In this document: in pieces, positions 28,822 to 41,415 of the stretch | Layout: each line of letters opens with the position of its first letter | Numbering within the stretch: position 1 is the first letter of the stretch | Assembly (NCBI GenBank): GCA_951406725.2 | Contig: OX597826.1 | Span: 2,666,001 to 2,730,000 of the forward strand | From: Octopus vulgaris | Taxonomy: Eukaryota | Reading direction: 5' to 3' | DNA length: 64,000 nt | Translations under genes and position numbers: made by a program | Notes under the pieces: model-generated | Databases searched by the model: none | What the model was told of the DNA's origin: nothing | Seen by the model: the letters and a program-made list of their open reading frames with translations, nothing else

Positions 28822-29057
28822 AAAGGCGGCGAGCTGGTAGAAACGTTAGCACACCGGGTGAAATGCTTAGCGGCATTTCGTCTGCGTTACGTTGTGAGTA
28901 CAAATTCCGCCGAGGTCGACTTTGCCTTTCATCCTTTCGAGGTCGATAAATTAAGTATCAGTTACGCACTGGGGTCGATGTAATCGACTTAATACCTATG
29001 TCTGTCCTCTGTCTGTCCCCGCTGTGTTTAGCCCCTTGTGGGTAATAACGAAATAGG
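28822..29057 (+). mobile_element. SINE family B copy with ~14-bp TSD
   Basis: aaggcggcgagctggtagaaacgttagc...gtcgactttgcctttcatcctttcgaggtcgataaattaagta. Flanks are ggttatcgttgaaa and ggttattgttgaaa. Confidence 0.9.
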
Positions 29058-29641
29058 TTATTGTTGAAAATTATAAAAGAATAGGTGGGGTTGACATGAA
29101 TAGATAAAAGGGAAAAGGCTTTATTTGGCCATATGTTGCTTTGTATAAATCTTATAAAGCGGTTCGTCTACAAACGAAGAAAAGATACGGAGAAAATAAG
29201 GAAAATCCAAAGACGAAAAGAGAGAAATTTGCGTAAGGATGGTAGATGTATAATAATTGCATTGAATATATTTGTAAGCATCCACTATGGTAATAAAATA
29301 TATGTTGCGTGTAATAGAGATAATGAATTGAATACCACACGGGGCTATATTCAATGCAACGACTACCCCATGCAACCACTGGGTTTGTATCATATAACTA
29401 TATAATCAATTAACTATAGGGCGCTTTGTAATCGAATGTAAAAATAAAGTTTCCGCATACAGAATGAAATCAGCTCAGAAGGAATAATATCCCGAGTTTC
29501 TTAGAATTACATGAATCCCAAATCTAGATATTTACATTTGGTATGCTCTAATATTTCGCTCTTTCCATTGAAATCAGTATTGTTTTTATTTTTGCCTTTT
29601 GTTTGTTTAAAACCCATATTAATATATACATACATACATAT

Positions 29642-29715
<74 letters not shown>

Positions 29716-29971
29716 AAAAGAATGTGTGTGTTCTGTTGACTTCTGGAAGGTATGTGTAAAAATCGATTCACTAACAAGTGACACATTAACATGATAAATA
29801 TAGAGATTGTGACTTCTCAAGGTGTAAAGACTGGAAGTATATAAATTGGGCTGTTAACTATTGTGTAAAAGAGAGTGAATGGCAGAAAATAGCTGTGGTT
29901 TCGTACTATCAATGCAAGATAGTACGAAACTCGTGGCAGGCACAACTGGTAGTACAGCTGGTATAAATATT

Positions 29972-30327
29972 CTTTTCTAGGCCCGAAAGTTTTGGACAGG
30001 AGGCCAGTCGATTAGATTTACTCCAGTACGTAGGTGGTACTTAATTTATCGACCCCGAAGGGATGAAAGGAAAAGTGTCGACCTCGGCGGAATTTGAACT
30101 CAGAACGTAAAGACAGACGAAATACCATAAACCATTTTGCCCGGCGTGCTAACGTTCCTTATTTCTATATTGCCCACAAGGGACGTAACTGGTACTTAAT
30201 TTGTCCACCCCGAAAGAATGAAAGGCGAAGTCAACCACGGTGGAATTTGACCTCAGAACGTAAAGACAGACGAAATACCACAAACCATTTCGCCCGGCGT
30301 GCTAACGTTTCTGCCAGTTCACCGCCT
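29972..30327 (-). mobile_element. SINE family B, dimer-like copy with 19-bp TSD
   Basis: Two tandem family B units, flanked by tacagctggtataaatatt at 29953-29971 and 30328-30346. Confidence 0.85.
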
Positions 30328-30450
30328 TACAGCTGGTATAAATATTATTACAAAGAACATTTTGGCGTTTATAATGATCGTGTTCTTGTTACAAGTTTAG
30401 AGATATACCCACAATGTAAATACTCATCTGAAGTATAAACGAAGCTTTGC

Positions 30451-30482
<32 letters not shown>

Positions 30483-31547
30483 GTTGTTCTTGTTGTTGTT
30501 GTTGCTGTTGTTATTATTTTCTCTTCCTTTATTCCTTATGTGTTTTATCTTATACGTAAAAGTTACTTTTTATTAACCATACTTTATATTAATCTACTCC
30601 GACTTAGCACGATTTTCCTAATTTTGGTACATATTTTCATGATAGCTTCTGTATTATTGAAATACCTCTAACAATTCCTCGCATTTTCCATGTGGATAAC
30701 ACTGACAAGTATATAATGTCTAACGCGATGTCAAGATAGTTAACTAGTTGAAGGCAAGTGTTAGCTATAATTATCAAGTTCAAAAACTTTAAATATAATA
30801 ACGAAGCTTTATTAAATCTGTGTTTGTTCGTTTTTCCTCTTACTTAATATTGATATGTCATTTACGTAAAGAGTCACATTTGCAGTAGATTAGGTATAAA
30901 ACATAAAGACATTAATTTGCAGCTTCTAGTTTTCTGAATATTTTGACACAATGCTAACATCAAAATAAATGATGCTAATTTTCTTTATGTATAATCCGTT
31001 GTCAAAATATAACTGACATTTTCGTGGATTCGTAACAATACTTATTTCAAACTCATGAATGTAATCGGGGGCAAATATTAATACAATAAATATTAATAGA
31101 TCTTTCACTATGGCATTCGTAATGTGGGGTAATAATCTACATTTTTGATTTGCATGAATTGTTGTTGGTATCTAAACTAACGCTGAAGCTAACGAAACAT
31201 TTGAGCAAGACTTATTTGGTAAAGACTCATTCACACTTGACGGATATTTTGGTATTTAAAAATTAAGAGAATTAAGGGTGTGAGTAGATATGAACTACAG
31301 GAAGTATAAATTTACAAATATATAAAAATATTACAGATACACATACATACAGGTTTGATTAAAGAGTATATATAATGATGAAGGCATACCAAAAGGAAGC
31401 ACGCCGCAGTTGATGGCTAGACAGAAAAATGCAAGTCAGACACTCAAGTAGGTTATTATTATGGCAGAGAATGCATCTATGAAACGAGATTCACTGCTGT
31501 TCGGTAATCCACGAATCCAGTAGAATCGAGAGCCGAACGGAAACTTA

Positions 31548-32420
31548 AGTGTGGCGAATCAAAATGTTCCAAGACTAATTGTTTAGTGAAAAATACCCTA
31601 TTTACCAAAGGTTTAGCATTATCGCCCTCGAAATAGTCACCTTGTGCACCGGTACACGGCTCCAGCGTTCCTGTCACTTTTGGAATCCGGCATGGAAATT
31701 ATTTTCCGTACGGGAGTCGAGGACCTCCTCCGATTCGCTCTGGATCTCGACAACAGTTTCAAAACCGCGACCTTGGAGCTGCATTTTCATATTGGTGAAG
31801 AGATGAAAGTCTGCAGGTGTTAAATCCGACGAAAAGGGCGATTGCGGAAGCGATAACATGTCGATTTTGGCGAGAAACTCACGAATGAGTAGAGCTCGGT
31901 GACAGGGTGCATTTACATCGTGAAGAATCCAATTCTTCAAGTTCCACAGACCCGGTCGCTTTCGCGAAATGTACTTCCTCAAAAGCGCTTCAAATCTTCG
32001 CTGTAGAACTTTAGAACTTTCAATTGACGGTCTGACCCTGGAGTAAGCATTCCCTTGATTTCACTGCGGCTCTATCGTGCCTTTTGAAGTGACTGTGCAA
32101 CTCGAAATTTTGTGTAAGCATTGTGGCCGCAAGCTTGCCGAAGCAGGCTCAATGTCCCTGTAGTAGACTTCTCAAGTTTAACGCAAAATTTCACGTTGGC
32201 TTTTTGTTCTAACTTCCTGTGCATGACATAAATCGCAGACAACACCATATACGTGATCACAAAAAACACAAATTTCACAACTTGTGAAGTAAACACAGCT
32301 ATGTCAAACGGAACACTGCCTCACGAAAATCAGTTAGCTTTCACTGCGCACGCAATCGTGCGTTGCTATCTGTATTGGCAGCTACTGAACAGTCCGGGAA
32401 CATTTTGACAACACCTCGTA
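31548..32420 (-). mobile_element. Internally deleted mariner element with both TIRs
   Basis: N-terminal EQKANVKFCVKLEKSTTGTLSLLRQA; C-terminal WILHDVNAPCH, PQSPFSSDLTPADFHLF and QGDYFEG. TIR-like tcaaaatgttccaagact and agtccgggaacattttgacaacacctcgta. Confidence 0.88.
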
Positions 32421-32580
32421 TGTATCAAAACTATAGCTTTCTTTACATAACGTTTAGGTTATCGGTTGTTTATTTAATTCAAATTTCCCTATGTCAAACA
32501 TTGTTCTCGCAAAAGCATGTGTGACAAATATATATATACGTTCTGATCCAAGCATAACATGCAGTGCCTCAGTATTTCAT

Positions 32581-32817
32581 TACTCTTTACTGTTTTATCC
32601 TTTAATTGTTTTAGTCTTTTGACTGTGGCCATGCTGGAGCACCGCTTTTAGTCGAGCAAATCGACACCAGGACTTATTCTTTCTAAGCCTAGTACTTATT
32701 CTATCGGTCTGTTTCATCGAATCGCTAAGTTACGAGGACGTACACACAACAGAATCGGTTGTCAAGCGATGTTGGGGGGACAAACACAAGATACACACAC
32801 ATATATGTTTGTATATA

Positions 32818-32855
<38 letters not shown>

Positions 32856-33044
32856 TATATATATATGTGTGTACATATATACGACGGGCTTCTTTCAGTT
32901 TCCGTCTACCACATCCACTCACAAGGCTTTGGTCGGCCTGAGGCTATAGTAGAAGACACTTGCCTAAGGTGCCACACTGTGGTACTGAACCCGGAACTAT
33001 GTGGTTGGTAAGCAAGCTACTTACCGTGCAGCTACTTCTACGCC
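32581..33044 (-). mobile_element. SINE family A, near full-length
   Basis: Reverse complement of 33668-34088, including the internal (TA)n. Confidence 0.88.
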
Positions 33045-33667
33045 TATTAGTCATATATTTCATATACCTTTCTTATGCAGGTACCCTCCAACTCGAAACT
33101 TTCACATTTAGAATATACACAGCATTAACAGTGCTTCATACACGCAGGAAAAGAAACATGGCATTCCTGTTTTTGATTACCCTGCAATACCACCTGCAGT
33201 TACGTTTAGTTTTCATCTACTGCCGTTCGTTAAATGAAGAATTTTCAGCTTCAATTTCAGAAACACTGTTTTATGGAAGCCTAACTCGGAGTAGATACGA
33301 AGGTTTAACAATAACTGTTATGCTAATTTTTTATTAATATCTGTCATTTCTGAGAGAGTCGTGAATAGGTGCGTTTGCATGGTGCAGAAAAAATGGGGTT
33401 ATTAGAGATGTGCTTATCCAAGATGTAACACAAAGGGATAAAACCTGAGAAAACAAGGTTTTTGGCAAAGCGTCTTAAACACATAGCCATGCCTATTTGT
33501 AAGCGTGCACATACAGGCGGGGTACATATGATATATTTACGCATATGTGATTTCACTGTGCGAACTATCTCGCCCACTCTATCACTTCCTCTTACCCTCT
33601 CACATTTTCCATATATATATATATATATATATATAGGGAAAGTGTGAGAGAGGTAGGAAGAGAGGAA

Positions 33668-33838
33668 GGCGCAGGAGTGGCTGTGTGGTAAGTAGCTTGC
33701 TAACCAGCCACATGGTTCCGGGTTCAGTCCCACTGCGTGGCGTCTTGGGCAAGTGTCTTCTGCTATAGCCCCGGGCCGACCAATGCCTTGTGAGTGGATT
33801 TGGTAGACGGAGACTGAAAGAAGCCTGTCGTATATATG

Positions 33839-33883
<45 letters not shown>

Positions 33884-34088
33884 CTGTGTTTGCCCCCCTA
33901 GCATTGCTTGACAACCGATGCTGGTGTGTTTACGTCCCCGTCACTTAGCGGTTCGGCAAAAGAGACCGATAGAATAAGTACTGGGCTTACAAAGAATAAG
34001 TCCTGGGGTTGATTTGCTCGACTAAAGGCAGTGCTCCAGCATGGCCGCAGTCAAATGACTGAAACAAGTAAAAGAGAGTAAAAGAGAG
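33668..34088 (+). mobile_element. SINE family A, full-length (tRNA head, CORE-like cttgggcaagt, internal TA/TG microsatellite)
   Basis: A box tggctgtgtgg, B box ggttcagtcc and (gtaaaagag)n tail. About 10 copies or fragments occur in the window. Confidence 0.9.
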
Positions 34089-34102
34089 GGTATATATATA
34101 TA

Positions 34103-34861
34103 CAGGGGTTGGACAAAATAAAGTAAACACCCAGCATCATAGAATCATAATTTTGAAATATCTATAAAACCGTCAAAAGCTTGTTTATTTTGATGTTCTT
34201 TGATTTATTATTAGTGTTGCTTAATATGTTTTGCTAAAATTGCTGATGCTTTTCAGTTATCATCAGAAAATGGTAATTAAAATTCATTAAAATGAGAGAT
34301 CTATCGGACTTTCAAATTGTTGGTCTCGTATGACAGGCACTAGCGTAACGAAAACAGCCGAAATATTTGGTGTATCAAGCAGTACTCTCTCGAAAGTAAT
34401 GACAGCCTTTGAGAAAGAGGGAAAAGCCTCCTTATCAAAACAAAACACCGGAAGAAAATCAAAACATTCAGAAAGGGATAGTCGGATTCTTTTGCGAATT
34501 GTTAGAAAGGATCACAAAAGTACAGCTCCCAAAATTACTGCAGAGCTTAATGATCATCTCGAGAACCCAGTTTCCACAAAAACTGTACAAAGCAGGATTT
34601 CACGGGAAGGCTGCAATCAGAAAAGCACTACTTTCAAAAACAAACGTTACAAATCGTTTGGAGTGGAGTAAAAACCAACAAGAACTGGAGACCGTTTTAG
34701 ATGAAGAATGGACAAAACTTCCTTTGGAAACAATTCAATCTTTGTACAAGTCCATGTCTCCTAGAAGTCAAGCTGTAATTACTGCCAAAGACGGTCCTAA
34801 CCCATATTAAAATAAATTTGATTGACATTTTAAGGTGTTTCAATTATCTTATTCAACCCCT

Positions 34862-34862
<1 letters not shown>
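34103..34862 (+). mobile_element. Tc1-like element, internally deleted (lacks DDE core), in (TA)n
   Basis: TIRs caggggttggacaaaata..aaacacc and ggtgtttcaattatcttattcaacccctc. A paired-like HTH (TAEIFGVSSSTLSKV...GRKSK) is joined to the C-terminus EEWTKLPLETIQSLYKSM...GPNPY. Confidence 0.9.
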
Positions 34863-34934
<72 letters not shown>

Positions 34935-35699
34935 CATACATACAAACCACATACATGCACACACACATATATCTAATTTTCTATGCGAAATTATATATAG
35001 ATAATTCTAAAACTATATTTTAATATACACAATACATATACACGTATGTGTATGTATGTATATATGCATGTATGTATATTTGCATGTATGCATGTATGTA
35101 TACATACGCAAAATATCAAACACACGTGGGCAAGCAGATGATTCCATGAGTGCTTATTTACGTTTATCGGGATTTATAGATCTCAACAAATCATAAAGGA
35201 AAATGTTATACATCACTCATTTCTTATTCATTCTAACTAACATATTTGCTTTTAGTCATTCCTTTATTTTCCAGTATGTAACTTACTTCTCACTTAACAT
35301 CATCGTCATCTCTAATGCGATTAATTGTGCGATTTTTTCGAGAAAGTTTCAATTCACAACTTGATTTGGAGAGATGTTGTCTACCATTAGCCATTAATGA
35401 AACGTTCTCTGCACATCACATAATATGGTTTCGCTATGATCGCTGCCTTTCGGTCTCGATCTCAATTTCTTTTGATTAACTTTAAAACTCGTTTCTGTTG
35501 AAATCGAATAGTTCTTTGGTGACAATTCTAACTGTAATCTTTTCTAAAATCTAAAATTCGTAAAACTTCTATATGTATTTCTGTGTTTTCAAGTGTATGT
35601 TTGTATGTTTTTTCGTATACATACATACATACATACATACATACACACGTATATATATATATATATATATATATGGAGAGAAAGTAGTATATAAATAAG

Positions 35700-35733
<34 letters not shown>

Positions 35734-36882
35734 TATATATATATATAAATCTGTACGTGCATATATGCGTACATCTGTTTGTGTGTTTGTATATGTGCGT
35801 ATGTGAGTCTGTGTGTGTGTATGTATGTGAGTTTGTGTGTGTGTGTATGTGCGTGTGTGTGTGTGTGTTTGCGTGCGTGTGCATTATAATGGTGAGGTTG
35901 AATGTAAAAAAAAGTATATACATATATAGTTTCTGTCGATCAAAATTTCAGATGACGCAAACTGCTCTCACGTAAAGTAGTAAAGATAAGAGCGCATAAT
36001 GGAACAGTTTATCCAGAATGAAATACGAAAAAGTCGTTTTAAGAACGAAATTCACAAGAAAAGAAAAGTAACGAGCAAATACTAATGAAATGAAATGAAG
36101 CTTATTTCTGATCAGTAGAGAAACGAATTAGTAAATACAGTAATATTGAAACAATTCAAAATATATGTACCTAGAACTTGAGTAATTCAAGTATAATGTT
36201 TTTTTCTGAAATTTTGATTATATGGAGTTTTTCTCCAGCTTTGATTATGTGGCCTTTTGGTGAGTGTTTCTGTTGATAGTGGTTAGCCTGCATCTTCATA
36301 GTTTGGGAGATTGTTCAAGTGACTTTATACTAATGATGTCTGTTTATTTTCGAATTATCTATATTTGAGAACATCCCACAAAATAAATTGACTTCCATAA
36401 AGATCCTTTCTCCTATGTATAGGCTTCCAGTGTGATCTCATATTCAGTGTAATGATACACTTTTAATGGCTAATGAATTACGTGAAAGTCATTTTCGCCA
36501 TAAATCAATAAATAAAGAGTTATTAGCAAGTAAAGTTTGAAAATTTTGGTAATTTTAGCCAATCGTAAGCCACAGACATATTCATGCTCGTTTCCATAGT
36601 AACAAGCAGATCATGAGAACTCTTGTCTGTAAGAAAGCACTTGTTGACAAATATATTGAAACCATTTGATTTACTTATCTGTTGACAATTGAACACATGA
36701 AGTTATGTAGCACAGGAAATATGAAAATTGCGATTTGTTCGAGAAATTGATTGAATGGCTTTTTAACTTTCATTTTCAATGAACTGGTCAGCAAAATGCG
36801 GGTCTTTTTTAAAAAAAATATTTAATCTGGAATGTTTTTAGCATGGAATGTATTGGATGCTTAAAACTACAAAAAGATATAT

Positions 36883-37101
36883 TTGTTTACGCTATTTTGT
36901 TTTGTTAACCCGAAAGATGGTATCCGCACTCAACAAATGGAGAGTAAGTGGGCCCTTGTGAATCGTGGTAATAAACAACGCTGTGGCACTCACCGTTCTA
37001 TGGTAGATTTATCTCTTTGGGAATTTATGTGGGTCAGGAGATACGAAAATTGTGGTTTGTTTGAGAAATTGATTGAATGTATTTTTAACTTTCGTTTTTA
37101 A
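36883..37101 (+). pseudogene. Merlin/IS1595(ISXO2)-like transposase C-terminal fragment
   Basis: FVNPKDGIRTQQMESKWALV...GTHRSMVDLSLWEFMWVRRY resembles FVDPxTGxHTQxIESxW...LxEFMWRRR. Confidence 0.7.
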
Positions 37102-38339
37102 TTTTAAAAATATTTCGTATTGCTTTATTGCATAATTAAATGTTTATTTTTAAGCATATTTTGTGCACTCATTTATTTTCCCATGTAACATATAAACATG
37201 TATATCTTTTAGAACATTGGTATTTTATAAGATTTTGCTGGTAACTTTTTAAATTAGCATAAGACATTTCTTTATATGAAAGAAAATTACGGGAGAGCTT
37301 TTATCTAATTCTTCCAAATCATTTTGTTAAAACTATCGAAACCATTTGTGAGGGAAATTTGTAATGTGTGTATCACATGTAACGTGTTGCTCATCGCATT
37401 TGCATTAAATGCATGCATTTTGAATGTTTCAAACTACTTCTTTACAAGTTCCTTTTTGCCATTGAGGTGTGCTAAAAATAACAGCTAAATAACGATTTTT
37501 GAGTAAATCTTTCAAGCTCGTGCTATCGCTTTAAATGCATATTGACCGTTTCAAACTACGAAACATGTGTTGCATACAAATACTGACAAGAAGTGTTATT
37601 TCCAGGATGTCGATAACAAAATGTGCAGTCACGCACAAAATGACAGCTTCCATATCAGGCTTCCTGACTGGATGAAAAATGACCAAACTTTAAACCTTTA
37701 TAACTTTTTAAAAACATTTTTCTGGAAAACTGAAAAAAACTCCAGCAATTCTGCTTGCCAAATTTTAAGGTTTTTGATAAACTGTAATTTTTGGATAAAA
37801 TTTTTGGATAAACTGTAATTTTTGAAATGCTAGCAACCAAACCAACTTGTTCCCATTAAATATTCAAAAAAGAGCTTCGAACACACATGCAGCAGGTTCA
37901 CAGACACCACAAGCACACTAAATACAATGAATGAACCTGCATTTGACAATATAAGTATTATATCGGTTTCAAATTTTGGCCCGAAGCATGCATTTTCGGG
38001 GTTTGGGTTGAGTCGACTAGAACAATCCCGTCGTCAGCTGCCGTTTATTTTAACGACCACAAAAGGATGAAAGGCAAAGTTGATCTCGGCGAAATTTGAA
38101 ATCAGAACCTACAGAAGGGCGAAACGGCTCTAAACATTTTGCCCAGCGTGGTACCGAGCCGGTCATGATCTGAAAAATGACCATCCACACAAACTCGTAC
38201 GCACAAACACACACACACACACACACACACATACACACACACACACACAATTGCAAACTTGTACACACACACGAACACACGCACACTACGTACACATATC
38301 CATATATAGATTTGTGAGATATAGTTAAGTATATATCTA

Positions 38340-38490
38340 TATTCTTTTCTACTCTAGGCACAAGGCCCAAAATTTTGGGAGAGGGCCTAGTCGATTAGAT
38401 CGACCCCAGTACGCAACTGGTACTTAACCTATTGACCCCAAAAGGATGACATCCAAAGTCGATCAGGAATTTGAACTCAGAATGTAAAGC
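38340..38490 (-). mobile_element. SINE family B 3' fragment
   Basis: attcttttctactctaggcacaaggccc...gtcgattagatcgaccccagtacgcaactggtactt. Confidence 0.8.
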
Positions 38491-38493
38491 ATA

Positions 38494-38621
<128 letters not shown>

Positions 38622-39199
38622 TATGCTTGTATGTCTGTGTTTGTTCTACTACCATCGCTTGACAACCGACTTTGGTGTGTTTACGTCCACGTAAATTAGC
38701 GGTTGGGCAATAGAACCCGATAGAGTAAATACCTAGCTAAAGGTGGTGCTCCAGCATGGCCGCAGTCAAATCGCCGAAACAAATAAAAGAATAAAAGAAT
38801 ATATATGCATGTGCGTGTGTGTGTGTACGCGTGCGCGTGTGCCTGCTTGTGCGTGCGTGTGTGTGTATGAGTGTGTGTGTATGTGTATGTATGTATGTAT
38901 ATACGTATGTATGTATTTAAACTACCATTGAAAACTGTAAAGCAATGTTTCATTTAAAGTTATTTAAAAATTTATCTCGGTATTTAAGTGGACTAAAGAG
39001 AATAATATTTTGTAAATGGGCATTTCGTAAATACTTTGAAATGTAAACATTTATTTTCCCATTACAAAAACTGATTTGCCTATTTTCCCTAGAATATCAA
39101 CACTTGAAAACTATGGAGCCAGTAATACATTTTCATTTCATTCCAGACTCTTTCGGAAAATATTCGACTCAATCCTATTCTCCAGATTACATTTCCAAT

Positions 39200-40410
39200 A
39201 TGCCTAAACCTACAAAGTTTTCCGAAATTGAACAGATGTAGGTTGTTGCACTGAATGTGGAAGTAATGAGTAACTGGAAGATTTTCGAGAAGATTCAGTG
39301 AAGCAGAATGCCAGTGGACATTTTTCTGAAAGATCCTGACGGCTACAACAGGATTCATGCTGGTAGACATCCCAAGGCTACATCAGAAAGAGATAAAGAA
39401 GCCATTGTCAGAGCTTTGAAAAAGTCAAGATGATCTTCTCTTACAAAAATCAAGGCGTCAGCGGGAATAGGAGCCTGGACATCCACCGTAAGAGTGATTT
39501 TGAACCATGGTTTTCACCCGAAGAAGTTGCCAGGGCGTCCGTTATTGTCCTCTTCTGACAAAGCTGTTAGAATTTTCTCGGCTGCATCAGACGTGGTATG
39601 GTGAATGGACCAGGGTTCTATTCTGTGACGAGAAAAAATGGGATTTGGATGGCCCTGACGGTTATAAGTATCACTGAGCAGATAAACGTATACAAAAGTC
39701 TACTTGTACCAAGTGCGGAACAGCGAACGAGGTCTTATGATGTGAGGAGCAAAATCTGCCAATGAGAAGCTTATCGTCATGGATGGCCGTTTCAATAATG
39801 CATGATAAATGAATATGTTGGACGGGTCCCACTTTGACAAAGAAAGAAATAGGTTCCATGGCGAGAACTTCATATTTTAACAGGACAATATTCCTATTCA
39901 TAAAGGGATAAAGGCAACGTTGGATTTCCGCCATGCAATTGGGGTTGATTTCCTGCCTCGTCCAGCAAGAACTCCTGACGTTAACCCTATAGAGAGTACC
40001 TGGGAATATATCCAACTGGCAGAAACGTTAGCACACCAGGCGAAATGCGTAGCCATATGTCGTCTGCAGTTACGTTCTGGGTTCAAATTCCGCCCAGGTC
40101 GACTTTGCCTTTCATTCTTTCGGGGTCGATAAATTGTGTATCAGTTACGCACTGGGGCCGATGTAATCGACTTAATCCGTTTGTCTGTCCTTGTTTGTTC
40201 CCTCTGTGTTTAGCCCCTTGTGGATTGTAAAGAAATATATCTCACGGATGTGTACAACGAAGGCCAGCAGTATTCATCTTTTGGTGAACTTGAAACGGCA
40301 ATAAAGAAGGCATGATAAGAGCTTCCGAGTTTCCTCTTAAACTGCTGCAGGAGTTGTTTGGGAGCACGAAGTCGCGTGTCTTTCGAGAATATCATTGAAA
40401 TCTCTCTATA
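39200..40410 (+). pseudogene. Decayed Tc3-like (DD34E) transposase, interrupted by a SINE
   Basis: MPKPTKFSEIE, FLKDPDGY..GRHPKATSERD, WTRVLFCDEKKWDLDGPDGY, F*QDNIPIH, PARTPDVNPIESTW and VYNEGQQYSSFGELETAIKKA. These segments are colinear with C. elegans Tc3 transposase motifs. Confidence 0.85.
40013..40233 (+). mobile_element. SINE family B nested in the Tc3-like element, 8-bp TSD
   Basis: Family B sequence flanked by aatatatc at 40005-40012 and 40234-40241. Confidence 0.85.
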
Positions 40411-40699
40411 TATATAAACGGCAAAATATCTGTGTGTGCGTCCTTTATACAAATCCACAATTGTTCAGTTAGAGGGCTCGCACTTTCTATGGTCATTCAA
40501 AACAATCCAAGGGTGGTCGTGCACATCGTTACACTTCCCCATTAACCCTGCAAAGCCATTAAAAAATCATTAGAAGTGACATTTTTGTGAATTTTCTATC
40601 CAAAATCCAATCAAAATGCCAGCTAGCTGTATGTGATTGGTTGGAGATTTGGACAGTACGCGCGTATATGTGTGCACGCACGCAGGTGTATATGCATGC

Positions 40700-40740
40700 A
40701 CTAGCGCTATGACCCGGCGTTGTCGGGTCATAGTGCTAGT
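40700..40740. repeat. 41-bp palindrome ending CTAGT; possible Helitron-type terminus
   Basis: actagcgctatgacccggcgttgtcgggtcatagtgctagt. Confidence 0.45.
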
Positions 40741-41059
40741 TTTTAATAATTTCCCTGTTTGGCATAATTTTTGCCACAATATTCAAGCTGGCGTTAGAGT
40801 TTTGAACAGGAAGATTCTAGTTCTGTACGATTATTGAATTATTATCTAATATATTTTGGGATTACAATAAATTTGAATATTGCAACGCCTTCTTCTACTC
40901 CACTTCCTACCTAGAGGTGAGTTTCAAGAATTTGGGTAGTATAGTTCGCCAGAAAAAAACAGCCAGTGCTCTGGCTTTATAGTTTTGAAGAGCAGTTCAT
41001 GTATGTATGTATGTATGAACGTATGTATGTATATATGCTTACATATATGTATGAACGCA

Positions 41060-41096
<37 letters not shown>

Positions 41097-41243
41097 GCAT
41101 ACACACATACATATATATATATATTTATATATATATATATATATATATTTATACACACATACACACATACATACATACATATATATATATATGTATATAT
41201 ATATATATTTATATATATACACGCATAAACACATACATATATA

Positions 41244-41288
<45 letters not shown>

Positions 41289-41316
41289 CACGCATCAACA
41301 CATACATACATATATA

Positions 41317-41365
<49 letters not shown>

Positions 41366-41369
41366 GCAT

Positions 41370-41415
<46 letters not shown>

